From: Laetmonice hystrix
Lineage: Eukaryota
Direction: 5' to 3'
Assembly (NCBI GenBank): GCA_965235115.1
Contig: OZ249436.1
Span: 15,750,001-15,814,000, forward strand
Length of the DNA stretch: 64,000 bases
The notes beneath the pieces are model-generated. The model was not told where the DNA came from. It made no database searches and saw only the letters and a program-made list of their open reading frames with translations. Within the stretch, counting starts at the first letter, position 1, and each line of letters opens with the position of its first letter. The position numbers and the translations under genes were made by a program. Shown piece after piece: positions 49,016 through 62,302 of this stretch.

Positions 49016-51404
49016 TTAGTAGTGCACAACATAATGTAGACCTAATGTTTTAACATAGCAAACAGGCGGGCGTGTAACAATAGAGAATGTATTCATATAA
49101 CTGTGGTCCTAGTTTACTCTCCCATTTTAAAGCCTGTTTCTGACCGATTTTGTCACTCGCTGCCTCTCCACGTGAACGGTCATCGGTAGTGGGTCGACCT
49201 CAGCGGAATTCATTACCGATTTCTAAATACGCTTTAAGTGGTTACAGGAGCAGCTGTTCTCGACAAAAACAATTACATGCTTGAATCCGAAGATACACAC
49301 CCCACCCCTCACCTTTTCACGGAGAGAGCGTTTTACTGTAATAGGCTCTAATATCCTTCAAGTGGACTTGAACGTTGTCCTTCAAGTTCAGAGAACTTTC
49401 AAATACCCTAATAAATACACCTGTAGTTATGAAGTTTGTTCTGTTGGCTTTGAGTGAAGTTTTAAATAGCATAATAGCGTTTCCAGATCTCACCTCCGGA
49501 AAAAAGGTTGTTTTTCATGTCTTCGAGAAAGCGTGTCTCCTCAGATCATTACCACGTCAGCCGTTAGGGGGAATTAGTCTGGTGCCATAGTTGACAAAGT
49601 CAGGCACTCCACAAAACCTCCAATTTGCCCGAGTCCCACAGTCCATCCCTGCAGCCTCACACAAGAAGCCACTAATTTGGTGAGCCAGCGCATCTATGGT
49701 TACAAACGACGGACTGCCTCTCCTCTGACATGACGTTTGACATGCTACAAGATGATTCAATGTACAAGAAGTAAGGATATGTCATATCGGTTTACCATTA
49801 GCACGGGTTTAAAGTTATTTTCGGCGCCGCTATATAGTAGCAATTATTAGGATAGATTATTTACACGACAAACGTCCTTTTTAGCATCCCTGTCCACTAT
49901 ATCTTGCTTGCTGAGTCCTCATTCTTCAGCCAAGATGAGTGTACCTAGCCTGGTTTCCAAGACTGTGGAATTACCAGCTTATTTCAATACATTATGACAA
50001 GGATTTGTTAATCTGAATCTGCTCACCACTTTTAAATAGTAAGTGACGCAAGACCAAGAACGAATGACATCTCCAAACAGCTTGCACCAAAAGCCAACAA
50101 AGAGATGATGTGAGCATTCGTAGTTGTTCAGAATATACCGACTGGTATTCCGAGGGCCCCTGCAGGCTCTTTTCAAGTTTCTCTCAACTCTACGAATGGT
50201 TCGATAATATAACCTAATACTTTGTCGCCACGGGTAAAATATACAACGAAATCTTTTTAATCTTTTTTTTCTATATCTGAAGATGCCAATTGGATTGGCA
50301 TTTTATAATTACTTAAAGGTAACGCTCCCAAACTATTTTTTAAACAGATACTGCTGATTAATACCTGCAACGCCCTCTCGGGTTCTCCGAGTTAAGAGTC
50401 GGGTAACGTCATGAACATTGGGCGGGATCAATTATCGTTCCACCTTGGCAGACAACCAACTGTTTTCGTAAAGCACATTTCCGGATTAGCAGCACTTGGG
50501 GGGGATAGCGAATCCATGGATAACATCCTGTGTTTACTGGGCCGAGTTGTTTACTGTGGATCTGGTTTCCACGTCCTGAAGTGGGCCAACTGCTGGTCAA
50601 TCAAAGCCACATCCACAGACGTAAGTAGGTCCCCTAATGATAGAGTCCTGCCTACTCGCACACACACACTGGCAATACCATCAGATTACGGTTCTTTGAA
50701 ATTGACCATGAAGACATTTGGGATGCAATATCTTAATGGAAACGTCTTGGAAATATTACTTCGCAATTAATAGATGACCGTTTCATTCGACCTTTTCCGT
50801 AATTAAGGTGCATTTCCAACACGCATGTTACCTTGGTTACGTTAATTAGTGGCCAAAATAACAGAGATCGAAGTATTTGTCCTTGTATTTGAATTCAGCC
50901 AAGTTGGAATGGAGATATAATACAATGTGACTGATGACGTGAAGCGATTGAATCTCTGAGGTTATTCGAAAATAGGATAAGAAAATTATTTAGGGGACGG
51001 CTGGTAAGCTTCATGTGAAGTCACGTGGTCTATGTGATCATGGTGTATTTGGTTTTTCTACGTCTGGACAGATTTGACGCCCTGCATTCAAGGTTTTTCT
51101 TTCTTATTAGTCGGTGTTGTGATGTTTACCAAGCAGAAATTGCTCAATCAATTTTAAAGAGTTATTTTTTAAACTTTAATTACGTCGGTAATTGTGTGTG
51201 GCCTGGAATCTTGCCTCGTGATTTATGCTGGCCGGACATGATCATTAGATTGTAGGCGGCAAGATCATCATTTCCAATTGACGGGCTAAATGTTCCGATC
51301 TCGATGAGCAAGTCCGGATTGCGTCGGCATTGGATCGATTGTACTGTCAGGGTGAAGCCTGGAAGACGTGTGAGCGGTTAATCCAGCCGTGTACGCTGTG
51401 GCAA

Positions 51405-52431
51405 CCTCATACTACCCTGCCAGATTCTCACTAGATTCACTGATTCACAAACATCTATCCCGCCTGACCCGACCAGCGTCTGGCGAATATTCTCATACTA
51501 CCCTGCCAGATTCTCGCTAGATTCACTGATTCACAAACATCTGTCCCGCCTGACCCGACCAGCGTCTGGCGAATATCCTCATACTACCCTGCCAGATTCT
51601 CGCTATAGATTCACTGATTCACAAACATCTATCCCGCCTGACCCGACCAACGTCTGGCGAATAACCTCATACTACCCTGCCAGATTCTCGCTAGATTCAC
51701 TGATTCACAAACATCTGTCCCGCCTGACCCGACCAGCGTCTGGCGAATATCCTCATACTACCCTGCCAGATTCTCGTTAGATTCACTGATTCACAAACAT
51801 CTATCCCGCCTGACCCGACCAACGTCTGGCGAATATCCTCATACTACCCTGCCAGATTCTCGCTATAGATTCACTGATTCACAAACATCTGTCCCGCCTG
51901 ACCCGACCAACGTCTGGCGAATAACCTCATACTACCCTGCCAGATTCTCGCTATAGATTCACTGATTCACAAACATCTATCCCGCCTGACCCGACCAACG
52001 TCTGGCGAATAACCTCATACTACCCTGCCAGATTCACTGATTCACAAACATCTGTCCCGCCTGACCCGACCAACGTCTGGCGAATATCCTCATACTACCC
52101 TGCCAGATTCTCGCTAGATTCACTGATTCACAAACATCTGTCCCGCCTGACCCGACCAACGTCTGGCGAATAACCTCATACTACCCTGCCAGATTCTTAC
52201 TAGATTCACTGATTCACAAACATCTATCCCGCCTGACCCGACCAACGTCTGGCGAATATCCTCATACTACCCTGTCAGATTCTCACTACATTCACTGATT
52301 CACAAACATCTGTCCCGCCTGACCCGACCAACGTCTGGCGAATATCCTCATACTACCCTGCCAGATTCTCGTTAGATTCACTGATTCACAAACATCTGTC
52401 CCGCCTGACCCGACCAACGTCTGGCAAATAT
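51405..52431. repeat. 86-bp tandem repeat, ~12 copies
   Basis: Unit CCTCATACTACCCTGCCAGATTCTCGCTAGATTCACTGATTCACAAACATCTGTCCCGCCTGACCCGACCAACGTCTGGCGAATAT. Confidence 0.97.
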
Positions 52432-52921
52432 CACATCAAGATCCCATATTTTGACCTCTGGAAACGAGTTTTCTTCCGGACTATGTAAAAAGGATGAAAC
52501 AACGTCTCAGGCGGCGCAATCTGAAGGGCTGCCCCTGCATGCATAAACCCGTAGAATTGATCGTTGAAAGGTATGTTCTGTTCACCTTGACCCATGGTGG
52601 GGTGACCCATGAGCGTGTCAGTGTCATGACAAGCTCCTCATTGGTAATCACTGTCATCTTTCTTAAAGGAAACTTTAAACACGATAATGTACAGAACGTA
52701 CTTTTACCTTTTATATCATCATCTGGTTATTGGTCAATATATCACAGATAAGATATTCATCGTAGACCCTAAATTAGCCACAAAGGTCACCGTTTTCCTG
52801 TGACTTATGAAAACATAATCACAACTAAGACCATCGTCCTCTTCAATTCAATGGAAAATAACGGTACCCGGAGACTTCGGCCCCGTGGAGGTTTCGGGCC
52901 GGCCACTCTCGAGAGGTTTCG

Positions 52922-54323
52922 TATGGTGGCCCAAAAGTATCATCTCGACTTACAAAATCTCGCATGGGGCAAATAAAATCAAAATCTCGCATGGTAGAAA
53001 CACAAAATCAAAATCTCGCATGGTAGAAACACAAAATCAAAATCTCGCATGGTAGAAACACAAAATCAAAATCTCGCATGGTAGAAACAAAAATCAAAAT
53101 CTCGCATGGTGGAAACACAAAATCAAAATCTCGCATGGTAGAAACACAAAATCAAAATCTCGCATGGTAGAACAAAATCAAAATCTCGCATGGGGCTTTT
53201 TACGGGCGCTGCCATGTTGAAACTAGGCAAGCGACGCGCAAGCGCAGTATCGCCGGAAGTAGTCAGAGTGGCCTGGATCATCACGCCCTCTGTCGGCATA
53301 CGCCCCAGTCTGATCCTAGCCTGGTCCCCGGTGCCTACCATACGCATCCGCTTGATGTTAGGCCCGGTGATGGCTAACAGAAAGCTGTAAAACGGAAGTG
53401 GTGATCTCCAAGCACTTCCGCCTCGGAGCTAATCACTTCCGCCTCCGGTCCGTTGGTCAGCGTTAACAGAGTGATTGACTTCTGCTTGGAGCGTGGCCGG
53501 GAGTGGCCAACAATAGCAACATGCCCCTGCGTATGCAGACCGTAGCAGGTGTGGGGACTGGTAACGTTATGTTTACATCCAGAAAAGCGAGGACATTTAA
53601 CACTTGTATTTCAAAGGGATTGGCGAAAATATTTGTGTCTTGTTGGAGAAATACGGGGGGTACGGAACTATACCTCGTTTGCGTCCATGTTTTCGATGGG
53701 CCAATCACAACGCTTGCTTCGATTGGCCTTCACCAGGCTTTATATTGGCCTGGTCCCCATTCGGCCCACCTCGGGACTGTCCGGGCCAGGTCCGGAAGTT
53801 GGGCCGAGGTTTTCCGAATGGCCTGGTCCCTAGCCTCGCCAAGAGTACCTGGTCCCCTGTCTAGCATGGATCCAGCCGCGCTCCTACTGTGCATTTTCTC
53901 CATGCGAGATTTTGATTTTGTGTTTCTAGCATGCGAGATTTTGATTTTGTGTTTCTAGCATGCGAGATTTTGATTTTGTGTTTCTAGCATGCGAGATTTT
54001 GATTTTGTGTTTCTAGCATGCGAGATTTTGATTTTGTGTTTCTAGCATGCGAGATTTTGATTTTGTGTTTCTAGCATGCGAGATTTTGATTTTATTTGCC
54101 CCATGCGAGATTTTGTGTTTCTCCCATGCGAGATTTTGATTTTGTGTTTGCCGCATGCGAGATTTTCTGTTTGCCCCATGCGAGATTTTGATTTTTTGTT
54201 TGTACCATGCGAGATTTTCTGTTTGCCCCATGCGAGATTTTGATTTTTTGTTTGTACCATGCGAGATTTTATTTTGCGAGTGCGAGATTTTTAAGTACGA
54301 GATGATACTTTTGAGCCACCATA
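52922..54323. mobile_element. Foldback-type non-autonomous IS3EU-like DNA transposon with 6-bp TSD
   Basis: GTTTCG|TATGGTGGCCCAAAAGTATCATCTCG ... CGAGATGATACTTTTGAGCCACCATA|GTTTCG. Both arms carry arrays of a 29-bp unit (AAAATCAAAATCTCGCATGGTAGAAACAC) in opposite orientation. TAYGG termini with a 6-bp TSD match IS3EU. Confidence 0.85.
53317..53740. mobile_element. ~420-bp MITE with TAGCCTGGT termini (Academ-like?), nested in the IS3EU-like element
   Basis: TAGCCTGGTCCCC ... CACCAGGCTT. A diverged inverted copy lies at 59338-59735. Confidence 0.65.
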
Positions 54324-55527
54324 GTTTCGGCCTCAGGAGGTTTCGGGCCGGCCACTATCGAGAGGTTTCGGGCTCAGGAGGTTTCGGGCCGGCCACTATC
54401 GAGAGGTTTCGGCCTCAGGAGGGTTCGGCCTCAGCGGTTTCGGCCCTGCGGAGATTTCGGCCTTGGGCTAATTCGGCCGTGAGAGATTTTGGCCCGTGCG
54501 TATTTTTGCCTGTTAATTTGTGATTAAAGATGAAGGTGAAATGGAATCGCCTGAAGTCAGTTTTGCGATTGTATTATACTCGAAATACATTATATTCTAC
54601 ATCTTTGCAGAATAACAGTAGGCCTACACGCATAAAGGGATCTAAAGTATAAGTATAAGGGTGAAGGCTCTTTAAAGCCATAACTTTCGTTGGGGCCCCA
54701 ACTGGGTGGAGTTTAGCTGAGGGTGCTACTTGAATATTCATGTAACTTGACCTGCTGCAGCTATTTATACCCCAGCACATGTCGCACTCCGGTTGATAAG
54801 ACGCCTGAAGTGGGGCATGGCCTGGGTCACAGCTGTCAATCACTGGCACCTAACAGCTCTAACTGCATCATTTTTTCAGACTTTCGATGTCGTTTTTACT
54901 GCAAATGTGTTGCTGCTAATGCTGCATGGGATAAAGGGTCAAAAGTAGACAAAGCTCTGAAGGCATTTAAATTTGCCATCATATGGCAAATTTTTCTCGG
55001 ATTGGCTGATTTTATAGGCCAGCTACCCCTTTAAGAGCTTACATAACTAAGAGCACTGGATATTTTATATCCGAACATTGAAGACACCGAAACCCCCTCA
55101 GAGAGTATGTACGCCAAAGACAATACTGCAAAGTGAAAGGTATTCAGGCGCCGTGTCGAGCATTTGTCGTTTATCTGGCTTAATTATAAAGTTTTCCCAG
55201 AAGGACTTCCATCTAAGAGGAAAAGGTTATTTATGTAATTAAGAATGGTTCCGTTATATATATGCATGTATAGCAGTTTTGTTCTGTCTCTCATTACCTG
55301 CTTCAGTTGAACTAAGAGAGGAGAAAATTCTCCATTACAGCTGCAAAAGGTTCCAAGTAAATGGATACTCGAACAACACTAATGGGTGGCTCTCGTTACC
55401 TTTCGTGTCTAGGACCAATCTTAATTGTTTTCGCACTTTCAGAGAACAGGTTAATGACATCTTCAGGTGCCTCTCTTCAAGAGACAAATTCTTGAACACA
55501 AAATACTTAAGACATGGAGAGACATGA

Positions 55528-55748
55528 CAGGGGCGGATCCAGGATTTTGCAAGATGGGGTTCAAATTATGCCACCCGGAAATTTCTTTTCTATGGTCCTT
55601 AGCTAGCTGCAATCCCTAATCTCATTAATTGGGTTCCATTTCCCTTTTCTTTTTTCTTTCTTTCTTTTTCCTTCTTTTTTTCTTCTTCCTTTATTTTGAG
55701 GGGGCAGGGGGTTCATTTAAACCATTCCAACCCCCCGATCCGTGCCTG
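55528..55748. mobile_element. MITE with CAGGGGCGGATCC terminus (related to 9625-9896)
   Basis: CAGGGGCGGATCCAGGATTTT ... CCCCCCGATCCGTGCCTG. Confidence 0.55.
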
Positions 55749-56851
55749 CACCTGCACGAAATACAAAATACTCAACGCGACTATCAGTTAGGGTATACCT
55801 TTCTGAGTCCGTCCCAAAAATGAATCCAATTTTGTTCTTTCCCTCTTTTATTTTCTTCTAAAATGGCACATTAACCTAGTGCTCTTCTCTCTGACGTCCA
55901 CACTGGCGGAGTCCGCTAGAAAGGCCGTCGTCCCGAATTGGAGATCGTGGTAGATCCTGACGCTTTGGTTCTATGACATCACAAATTGTTATTACCTTAT
56001 TACCTACGAAGTAGCTACGAATCACTACGTAGCTACGAAGATCTACGGAAACCTACAAACAGCCTAAAATCGTTCCCAGGAACTGTGCGACACTAATACC
56101 GAACTGCCAAGATCATCGTCTGTAAAAAGGCCCTATCATGTCAGTTCGTCACGTATACGAAAAAGTTCGTGCGTGAGCTACGACACTTTTGAACATGTTG
56201 AGCATGTACTTTCGTAACCTCGCACGAACCGTGGCGAACTCAGTCGAACAGTTACGAACCTTCCCGAACCATTCGCAGAACTGCACCGAATTACCGTCGG
56301 CTAGGTGGGAAGGGGGGTAAACTTGCACCATGACGAAAACGAGATGACGACTTGGTTTTTGCGACTGTTCGGGACTTCTACGTACTACAGCTATGACACC
56401 CCCAAGACTTACGACTACGACCTACCACGATCTGACATCGGCGTGAATCGACTGTCAAAAATCATGAAGGTGGGAAAGGGACTTAAATTGTTCACGCCGA
56501 TGTACCAAGTGGTCAAGGTAGTTAATGTCCATCTGCCTGTCGTCCGTCACGGCCATGACTGTGTTACGATATCTCCATTGACAGTGACCGCGTGTAGGCT
56601 TCACTTAAGACTTTGCTCTCGCTATAATGAATCATCTCTGTACTTTCTTGTCGCTAACATTAGGACATCAAGTTAGATGTTGGTTTTCTTCGGACAGGAT
56701 TATTATGGATATATCCTAGCACTGCCTTTAACATTACAGGTCAGTTCTGGCGACTTGACAGTCTATCTGGTGGATGTCCGAATGAGTGGGGTCATTTCAA
56801 AACCGGAAACGCGATTTTGGCTGCGACCGCCAATCTTGTGCAACAGGCCCA

Positions 56852-57478
56852 TTATCTAGGGAAAGACTAGCCGCCCTATGTAACAGGCCTCGCCCAGCTC
56901 GGCATTTGTTATCTAGGGAAAGACTAGCCGCCCTATGTAACAGGCCTCGCCCAGCTCGGCATTTGTTATCTAGGGAAAGACTAGCCGCCCTATATAACAG
57001 GCCTCGCCCAGCTCGGCATTTGTTATCTAGGGAAAGACTAGCCGCCCTATGTAACAGGCCTCGCCCAGCTCGGCATTTGTTATCTAGGGAAAGACTAGCC
57101 GCCCTGTGTAACAGGCCTCGCCCAGCTCGGCATTTGTTATCTAGGGAAAGACTAGCCGCCCTATGTAACAGGCCTCGCCCAGCTCGGCATTTGTTATCTA
57201 GGGAAAGACTAGCCGCCCTATGTAACAGGCCTCGCCCAGCTCGGCATTTGTTATCTAGGGAAAGACTAGCAGCCCTGTGTAACAGGCCTCGCCCAGCTCG
57301 GCATTTGTTATCTAGGGAAAGACTAGCAGCCCTATGTAACAGGCCTCGCCCAGCTCGGCATTTGTTATCTAGGGAAAGACTAGCAGCCCTGTGTAACAGG
57401 CCTCGCCCAGCTCGGCATTTGTTATCTAGGGAAAGACTAGCCGCCCTATATAACAGGCCTCGCCCAGCTCGGCATTTG
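56852..57478. repeat. 57-bp tandem repeat, 11 copies
   Basis: Unit TTATCTAGGGAAAGACTAGCCGCCCTATGTAACAGGCCTCGCCCAGCTCGGCATTTG. Confidence 0.98.
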
Positions 57479-57639
57479 AGCTAGCTCGCTTACCTGGAAC
57501 ACTTTTCCGAAACCTCAGGATTTACAGTTTGTAGCACCTAACTCTCTTACTTCGCGAGAGTCTGGACAAGTTTGTGCCTTGCATTTTGTTCGTCACAGGG
57601 TCCCTATTAGGTATTAATGATTGACCGTTTTACCGTACG

Positions 57640-59213
57640 TGTGGCATCAGCCCCAAGGTAGAGCATAGGCAGCTCCACATCAGCTGCTCCATATGCCGTC
57701 AAGCCAACATGCCGTGCCTTCCTACCACGGCCTCATCATACCTAACAATGTTGGCTGTTACATAAGCTCGACTATCGGTCTTCTTGGACAGGAACAGGGA
57801 ATGCTTCGGCATGCCGCCAATGTCGCATCAGACTTGTATGGCAAAACAAAGCGCCTCAGTTGACATAGGCTTGGTACGGTCCTGCCTGTCCAAGAAACGC
57901 TCACTCCTGAACTTACGTTTTGGTCCCCACTGTCACCCCTGCTGGAGCGCCCGCTTGATCTTGATGGTAGATGTGCCACCCTCCCCCGGGGCTTCTCCCT
58001 TGGCGGAGACGAGGACGACGAGGACCGTGACCTGCTCGTCGATACATGCCGACCCCTCGGTGTGTCGCCGCCATGGGCCTGTCTCCTACCCACCTTGAGC
58101 CTGGGCCTGGTCAGCTACCCACCTTGAGCCTGGGCCTGGTCAGTCTGCTACCCACCTTGAGCCTGGGCCTGGTCAGTCTCCTACCCACCTTGAGCCTGGG
58201 CCTGGTCAGTCTCCTACCCACCTTGAGCCTGGGCCTGGTCAGCCTGCTGCCCACCTTGAGCCTGGGCCTGGTCAGTCTGCTGCCCACCTTGAGCCTGAGC
58301 CTGGTCAGTCTGTTGCCCACCTTGAGCCTGGGCCTGGTCAGTATGCTACCCACCTTGAGCCTGAGCCTGGTCAGTCTGTTGCCCACCTTGAGCCTGGGCC
58401 TGGTCAGTCTGTTGCCCACCTTGAGCCTGAGCCTGGTCAGTCTGTTGCCCACCTTGAGCCTGGGCCTGGTCAGTATGCTACCCACCTTGAGCCTGAGCCT
58501 GGTCAGTCTGCTACCCGCCTGGGCCTGGCCAGTCTGCTACCCACCTTGAGCCTGGGCCTGGTCAGTCTGCTGCCCACCTTGAGCCTGAGCCTGGTCAGTC
58601 TGCTGCCCACCTTGAGCCTGAGCCTGGTCAGTCTGCTGCCCACCTTGAGCCTGGGCCTGGTCAGTCTGCTGCCCACCTTGAGCCTGAGCCTGGTCAGTCT
58701 GCTGCCCACCTTGAGCCTGGGCCTGGTCAGTCTGCTGCCCACCTTGAGCCTGGGCCTGGTCAGTCTGCTGTCCACCTTGAGTCTAGGCCAGGTCAGTCTG
58801 CTGCCCACCTTGAGCCTGGGCCTGGTCAGTCTGCTGCCCACCTTGGCCTGGGCCTGGCCAGTCTGCTGCCCACCTTGAGCCCGCGGTTGCCCAGCGTGAT
58901 GTTGCCGGTCCTGTCCACCGTCTTTCAGGACCAGCGTACGTACCATTGCCTCAATGGTGGCCAGCCTGTGCCGGTCGGCAGCCACCTCCGCTTGCAGCCG
59001 GCTAACGTCCATATGCCATGCTGGTTGCCCCATGGCGCCACCACCAATAACGTCTTCCTTAGGCAGGGAGGACACCGAACCGACAGCTTTTCCTTCACCC
59101 GAGTGAATTGAATTAAGCTCTTCAGTTGCGGGCCCTCCTTGTCGAAATTTGCAGACTTTTCCTGTTGGTTTGCCATGGCGCCGACCACAGGACGCACAAC
59201 GACGTCTACCCAT
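57640..59213 (-). pseudogene. DIRS/Ngaro-like (tyrosine-recombinase retrotransposon) gag/ORF1 relic with internal minisatellite
   Basis: N-terminal CxxC-H-C finger MGRRRCASCGRRHGKPTGKVCKF, a coiled-coil-like stretch and a Ser/Arg-rich linker. Manual translation of 57810-57640 gives KHSLFLSKKTDSRAYVTANIVRYDEAV / ARHVGLTAYGAADVELPMLYLGAD. It is frameshifted and no RT, RNase H or YR is seen. Confidence 0.55.
58081..58880. repeat. 33-bp minisatellite, ~24 copies
   Basis: Unit CCCACCTTGAGCCTG(G/A)GCCTGGTCAGTCTGCT(G/A). Confidence 0.98.
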
Positions 59214-59337
59214 GTCGGCGACCTGATTGTAAAGGCCGCCAAGGTGGTCAGGTGACCAATAGAAGGCCGGAAGTGGCTCGGACACTCGAAAATATACACA
59301 TCTAATTGGATATTAGTAGATCACACAATGCCATATA

Positions 59338-59735
59338 GAGCCTGGTGAAGGCTAATCGAAAAAAGCGCTGTGATTGGCCCATCGAAAACATGGACGCAAA
59401 CGTCGAAGATATTCCGTGTCCTCCATATTTCTCCAACAAGATATTTTCGTTAATCCTTTTACAATACAAATGTTAAATGTTCTCGCTGTTCTTGATGTAG
59501 CCATAGTGTCATCGGTCTCTACGCCAGGCTACGGTCTGTATCACGCATGGCCATGTTGACCACTGTCCAAGTAACGATAGGTCACTCCGTCGACGCTGAC
59601 CAACGCAACGGAAGCGGAAGTGCTGGGAGTTGAGCAACTTGTCTTCCTTCCGCTTGTCAGTTTTCTGACAAGTAAAATTACCCATCACCTGCACCTAACA
59701 TAGCGGACGCGTCTGTTAGCCAGGGGACCAGGCTA
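59338..59735. mobile_element. Inverted diverged copy of the 53317-53740 MITE
   Basis: AGCCTGGTGAAGGCTAATCGAA..TGTGATTGGCCCATCGAAAACATGGACGCAAACG ... GGGGACCAGGCTA. Confidence 0.7.
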
Positions 59736-62302
59736 CTCGGAGATGGGTCTACAAACTCTGCTGGGGCCGCTGAGGATCTGCATGATCGAGACTGCAGGAT
59801 TTAGAGTCATAACCGCACATATCCAAGCCTTCAAAGTGTAGATGGCCATCACTGCAGTCAAATTTGCAGTCGTGTTGAATTCTGTCATGGCGGCCCATCA
59901 CCACGACTGGGGCCCAGGGGCGGCCATTTACCACGACTGGGACTAGTGTCACGAAGGGAGCAGGTAGTGTTTCTGCCATCATGACTTAGATAGGAATAGA
60001 CTGTCATGATGGAGGCAAACGAAGGTCTGTATCTGAGGTATTTCTCAGAATGGAAGCTCGAAGCATTGGCGCGGATTAGCAAAATCGACAGCGAATTCAA
60101 GGGAATTTAAAAGCCCTTGGAGAGTACGAGATTTTAACATGCATGCTCTCTCCTCAGGCTCGATTGCTCCTGCTCGCGAGGACAACCAAAATAGTCGTGA
60201 ATTCTCAGCTCTGGTGACTCCAGACTTATAAGAAAGTTCGGATAATTATCTCCGATAGCCTCATACAACACGAAAGGTGAACATCGACTCGTCCTTAGAT
60301 GGACTTGATCAGTTGTGATAGGCGAAATGATATAAATTACAACAGATTTTCCACATCGAGTGGCGAATGAAAACGCCTATTCGGGTAAGTTTTTAACCAA
60401 TGTCTACCAGTTTTGGGACTGGGACGGATACTCTGTCTAGGAAACGACTCGCTATGGACAAATAACTGAATGGTCACCATCGATTCACGTCACGTTTGGA
60501 GGCCCTACTAGACTACTCCTTAATTAATGTTATGTTATGTATGTTATGATCGTAGACATACATGTTGCCGATCTGTGAGCGTAATTACACATCGGTTAAA
60601 CACACAATTACATTCATGTCTGATCGAAATGACTGCACTTCGGTTCGGTAAAAACATTATCTTCGTGGACGATTTCAGTCTGTCTCCAGCGTTTCAAGGT
60701 AAATGGCTGTGCTCAACGTTTACATTTGATATCGCTGTGAATTCCATCGTTTTATTAGTGCCAACCTATCGACGGTCTCTACATTTTAGTCACGGGACAC
60801 GACTTGCTGAGGTTCATGTCGTCTCCAGAATCCGGCTAATGACACTTTAAAATGATTGATAACAGCCAGTAACACGAAAACAGGTCATCAACAGAAGTGG
60901 TCAAGCTAGGGACTATTGGTTGGACTCACCCATGCATGCACCACCCCGATGTGATATACTGACTCAAACACTAATTTACGATGTCAACGATTAGACGGTA
61001 CAATTAGCAGGCAATGGAACTGTAGACGTACGGAGTGAAGTATAACTATTAGGCCCCTCTTTCGACCCCATTACGTGTTTCAATAAATTTGATGGTCCCA
61101 TTCATTGGTATAAATCCATAGGCATTATATGGGCAAGTGTTGGTCTCATCGCTACCGATGATACGAAAAAGGGTCAGGCGAAATTCCTTGTCATTAATGG
61201 ACATTAATAGATTCGCATTCAATCTCACAACCGCCTCTTCCCTAGAAAATAGGGGTAAAATGGATAGTAGGCCTAATTTAAAAGTTCAACTAATAAGTAT
61301 AAAGTTGCTAGAATATTATACAAAAGATCTTTTCTCTAACCCATGAACCCATTAACCTTACAACAGCCACTGTCTAGAATCTAGATCATCCATTTTCCTG
61401 TAGTGGACATAATTATGTGGCATTTAAAAGAAAACTTAATTCCGACTCTTTCCGATATAGCTACCTGTATGTTTGGAAATTTATGTCAGACAAGAGATAT
61501 CGTCTTGTAGCCTGTCGTATACATGAAACCCGGTTTCGGTACATCGGGGTCATGTATGGTTTTTGTTTTGGCAGTTGTGCTCGCGGGGTGCGACTAAACA
61601 CCGAAACCGAGCGAATTTACCGAAACCGACTGAATCCGACCAGATCGTTGATCGTTGTAATATGATCTCTGCATGTGCAGACGGGACAGGTTATCTCTCT
61701 GGAAAGGTAATGCCATTAACAATACTTCTACAAAAAGTAAAGCTGGGAAGGAGGTTAAAAAAGGCCAAGGTAGGAAAGAATGAGTAATTATAAACAGAAA
61801 GAACACACCCGGACCGCTTTACTCCACTCGATTCACCTGTTGATCAGCACCGACCACCGCTAAATGCAGGACACTGAAACGTAGTTCTCTCAAGTCTTCC
61901 TCTAATTCTAGCCGTATTTAATAAAGAGAAAAAACAGTGAAATAATCTTTCTAACCGGTTTAGCCACTTCTCTTTAGCTTGTCTATTGAAATACAGTTTA
62001 CAGTTTGACGCAAACGTGAAGCGACTTCCATGACTTAAAAACTACCAAGGAAATGCGACAAGACACCTTGCTTTAACTGTAAGCTGTGTAATTACTTCTC
62101 TCAGTAATAAAAACAAATCCACCGAAACATTCGTGGATAAGGTGCCATAACTAAGAACGAACGTGTCTTATCTAAGAGTGGATGCATTTTGATTTTAGAT
62201 GATGCCGAAAGAGCCCCGGGTTACCATATCATCAGTCTATGATGTCTCGTTTGCTTCAAAATTACGTCAACTCAGTTAAATGTTACATTGTCTACACTAA
62301 CC

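Larger units (their letters stand above)
52860..54502. mobile_element. Small TTCGGCC-repeat element (Helentron/HINE-like?) split by the IS3EU-like insertion
   Basis: The GGAGGTTTCGGGCCGGCCACT(C/A)TCGAGAGGTTTCGG units at 52887-52921 continue at 54324-54500 once the insert and one TSD copy are removed. Confidence 0.55.

Noticed and set aside
58046..58878. Plus-strand hydrophobic repeat protein (LLPTLSLGLVS)n
   Set aside because: It is an antisense reading of the 33-bp array; the domain-like flanks are on the minus strand.
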